Assembly (NCBI GenBank): GCA_965279355.1
Contig: OZ257155.1
Location: 4,800,335 to 4,864,334 of the forward strand
Source: Alphaproteobacteria bacterium
GTDB taxonomy: Bacteria > Pseudomonadota > Alphaproteobacteria > CACIAM-22H2
DNA: 64,000 nt
Direction of reading: 5' to 3'
The position numbers and the translations under genes are program-made. A model generated the notes under the pieces. It did no database searches, was not told where the DNA came from, and worked only from the letters and a program-made list of their open reading frames with translations. Positions 61,507-64,000 of this stretch are shown here, in pieces (positions within the stretch are counted from its first letter, which is position 1; each line of letters opens with the position of its first letter).

Positions 61507-62498
61507 TGGCGGCAGGAACAACAATGCTGCTCCGCTCCGTCGTGCTGGGATGCGGGGCCTACCTGCCGGAGCGCATCGTCACCAACGACGAACTGTCAAC
61601 GCGCGTCGACACCACCGACGAGTGGATCACGGAGCGTACAGGCATCAAGCAGCGGCACATTGCCGCCGAGGGCGAATTCACGTCCGACCTTGCGGTCAAG
61701 GCGGCCGAGCGTGCGCTGGCCGACGCAGGCATCGCAGCGAGCGAAGTCGATCTGATCATCGTCGCAACCAGCACGCCCGATGAGACCTTTCCGGCGACCG
61801 CCACCCGGGTCCAAACGCGGCTGGGTCTGACCGATGGTATCGCCTTCGATCTGCAGGCCGTCTGCAGCGGGTTCATCTACGCGCTGGCGACCGCGGACAA
61901 CTTCCTGAAAGTGGGCCAGGCGCGCACGGCGCTGGTGATCGGTGCTGAGACATTTTCGCGCATCCTCGACTGGACCGATCGTGGGACGTGCGTGCTGTTC
62001 GGAGACGGGGCGGGGGCGGTTGTCCTGCGCGCCACCCAGAGTACTGGCAACGGCCATGACCGCGGCGTGCTCTCGACCCATCTTCATTCCGACGGCCGCT
62101 ATCATGACAGCCTTTATGTCGACGGCGGGCCGTCCTCGACGGGGACAGTCGGGCATGTCCGCATGGAAGGTAAGGAAGTCTTCCGCCATGCCGTTGCCAA
62201 GCTTGCTGCCGTCGTGGAAGAGGCACTGGCCGCCAACGGTATGACCGGAGCGGATATCGACTGGCTGGTGCCGCACCAGGCCAACAAGCGCATCATCGAT
62301 GGCATGGCGCGCAAGCTCGGTCTGGGCAGTAACCGCGTGGTGACTACCGTCGATCATCATGCGAACACATCGGCCGCCTCGATCCCGATGGCCCTGGCCG
62401 AAGCATCGGCCGACGGCCGGCTGAAGCAGGGTGACGTCGTTTTGCTGGAGGCAATCGGCGGCGGCCTTGTCTGGGGCGCCAGCGTGATCCGCTGGTAA
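61506..62498 (+). CDS. fabH: Beta-ketoacyl-ACP synthase III
   Basis: [27 protein letters not shown]. Confidence 0.96.
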   Translation: MAAGTTMLLRSVVLGCGAYLPERIVTNDELSTRVDTTDEWITERTGIKQRHIAAEGEFTSDLAVKAAERALADAGIAASEVDLIIVATSTPDETFPATATRVQTRLGLTDGIAFDLQAVCSGFIYALATADNFLKVGQARTALVIGAETFSRILDWTDRGTCVLFGDGAGAVVLRATQSTGNGHDRGVLSTHLHSDGRYHDSLYVDGGPSSTGTVGHVRMEGKEVFRHAVAKLAAVVEEALAANGMTGADIDWLVPHQANKRIIDGMARKLGLGSNRVVTTVDHHANTSAASIPMALAEASADGRLKQGDVVLLEAIGGGLVWGASVIRW

Positions 62499-62629
62499 GC
62501 CGTCAGTTTAGGGGGCTGTGTTCAGTCCCGATTCAAAGAAACACCCCATCCCCCTGTAATTGACCGATTTCTCGACTTAAGGTAAGTTTTTACCTGAAGC
62601 TGGGTACGGGTTGATTAGGGGAAACAGCC

Positions 62630-62992
62630 ATGTCCGAAACAACAGTGACGCGGGCAGACCTCAGCGAAGCCGTCTACCAGGAGGTAGGGCTGTCGCGAAA
62701 CGACTCGGCCGCGCTGGTCGAGACCATCCTGAATGAGATGGTCGATACGCTGACGCGGGGCGAAACGGTCAAGATCTCCTCATTCGGGAGCTTCTCCGTA
62801 CGGCAAAAGGGCCAGCGGATCGGCCGCAACCCGAAGACCGGCGAGGAAGTGCCGATCCTGCCCCGCAAGGTCCTGGTGTTCCGGGCGTCCCATGTCCTGA
62901 AGAACAAGATCAACCGGGCGCTCTCCAAGGCCGCCCGCGCCGTCACGGCGGCGAGTCCCACCGCGCCAGCCCCGTCGTCTCCCAAGCCCTAA
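62630..62992 (+). CDS. ihfA: Integration host factor alpha
   Basis: [34 protein letters not shown]. Confidence 0.95.
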   Translation: MSETTVTRADLSEAVYQEVGLSRNDSAALVETILNEMVDTLTRGETVKISSFGSFSVRQKGQRIGRNPKTGEEVPILPRKVLVFRASHVLKNKINRALSKAARAVTAASPTAPAPSSPKP

Positions 62993-63025
62993 CACCGCCT
63001 TTCGTAGACTCGAGCTTGGATTTCC

Positions 63026-63544
63026 ATGGCGCTGCCGGTCGATAACAGCAGCATGACACGGCCCGATTTTGCCGCGATGGCGCGTCGCCCCGGCAAGGCG
63101 GCCGGTGCTTTCCGTACCATCAGCGAAGTGGCGACCGATCTTAACGTGCCGCAGCATGTGCTGCGGTTCTGGGAAACGCGGTTTGTGCAGATTCGGCCGC
63201 TGAAGCGGGCGGGCGGGCGGCGTTATTACCGGCCGGAAGACGTCGACCTGCTGCGGCGGATCCGCGAGCTGCTCTACAACAACGGCTACACGATCAAGGG
63301 CGTGCAGCGCCTGCTCAAGGACAACGGCCGTCGTGCCGATGAGGGCGACATCGAAGACGGCCTCGATGAGGCGCCGGTTGCGGTGCCGGCCGAGGCCGAC
63401 GAAGGGGAGGACACCGAACCGGTTGTGGCGTCGCCAGCGGTACCGGCAGCGGAGGCCGCCAGACCGGCCGCCGATCCCGTCGTGGATGCCGCCCTGGCCG
63501 AACTTGGCGCGATCCGCGACCTGCTTCGCAAAACAGGACGCTAA
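63026..63544 (+). CDS. MerR family regulator (ihfA-linked)
   Basis: [22 protein letters not shown]...[19 protein letters not shown]. Confidence 0.92.
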   Translation: MALPVDNSSMTRPDFAAMARRPGKAAGAFRTISEVATDLNVPQHVLRFWETRFVQIRPLKRAGGRRYYRPEDVDLLRRIRELLYNNGYTIKGVQRLLKDNGRRADEGDIEDGLDEAPVAVPAEADEGEDTEPVVASPAVPAAEAARPAADPVVDAALAELGAIRDLLRKTGR

Positions 63545-63572
63545 ATCATCGTTGTTTCAGCGATTTGGCGCG

Positions 63573-63602
63573 TTGAAGCGGCGTGCGAGTTCTGGCTATA
63601 GT
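63573..63602 (+). promoter_or_regulatory. Sigma70-like promoter for the tRNA (TTGAAG-N18-TATAGT)
   Basis: Near-consensus boxes about 50 bp upstream of the tRNA. Confidence 0.5.
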
Positions 63603-63650
63603 GCGCCCGCGCAAGAGGGCCGGTCACAACCTGCACTTCTTAGGCTCGGT

Positions 63651-63727
63651 CGGAGCGTAGCGCAGCCCGGTAGCGCATCAGTCTGGGGGACTGGGGGTCG
63701 TGGGTTCGAATCCCGCCGCTCCGACCA
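63651..63727 (+). tRNA. tRNA-Pro (GGG)
   Basis: CGGAGCG/CGCTCCG acceptor stem, GGG anticodon, GGTTCGAATCC T-loop, encoded CCA. Confidence 0.96.
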
Positions 63728-63898
63728 ATTATTTCAACTGTAACAATCGTTTATGTGTAGCTGCAGGCGGCCGTCTGCCGGGCGTCGCGTTCACGCATCA
63801 TCAATTAATTTGCGTTAGGACTACCGCACTCGCCCCCGGATCGCTCAGATTTGGGGTACGCGTCCGTCGCCTCCGCATGCCGCGGAATAAGGCCTTCG

Positions 63899-64000
63899 AT
63901 GAATATCCGATCCCGGCTGCTCCTGCTCGTGCTGGTGGCGATCCTTGTCCCGACCTTTCTCATCGGGTTGAGGTTTTATACGGTCCGCGACAAGGAAATC
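63899..64000 (+). CDS. Membrane sensor protein N-terminus (3' partial)
   Basis: MNIRSRLLLLVLVAILVP... is typical of Cache-sensor kinases and diguanylate cyclases; runs off the window. Confidence 0.6.
   Translation, partial: MNIRSRLLLLVLVAILVPTFLIGLRFYTVRDKEI

Noticed and set aside
63651-64000. tRNA-Pro as the attachment site of an integrated element
   Set aside because: No integrase follows and I saw no duplicate of the tRNA 3' end in the window; sequence beyond 64000 cannot be assessed.

Overview
GC-rich alphaproteobacterial chromosome segment with two parts. The taxon is inferred from the gene order rpiB-glyA-nrdR-ribD/E/B/H-nusB-thiL...hppA-bamE-cbp3-yceD-rpmF-plsX-fabH-ihfA-merR-tRNA-Pro and from mucR and ldtR-like genes. 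The right part (about 28-64 kb) is mostly conserved core: hemB, valine/isobutyrate catabolism, gcdH, a liv ABC transporter, riboflavin, thiamine and lipid genes. The left part (about 0-28 kb) is an accessory mosaic of small stress, catabolic and regulatory genes. Three things stand out. (1) A visibly AT-richer four-gene island at about 2.4-5.7 kb (HTH-GIY-YIG nuclease, two unknown proteins, and a TIR protein fused to a Cys-rich putative Zn-binding domain) is a candidate anti-phage locus. (2) A ~113-bp palindromic element (TGTCATCCCAGCGAAAGCTGGG...CCCAGCTTTCGCTGGG(A/G)TGACA) occurs as four copies plus a half copy within 7 kb, between unrelated genes; it has a conserved structured core and decaying tandem GACA-unit tails. 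(3) There are two predicted pseudo-enzymes (an SNase-like protein lacking catalytic residues, and RibBX). No CRISPR array, integrase, transposase or rRNA was seen. All protein assignments come from motifs recognised by eye, not from database searches.
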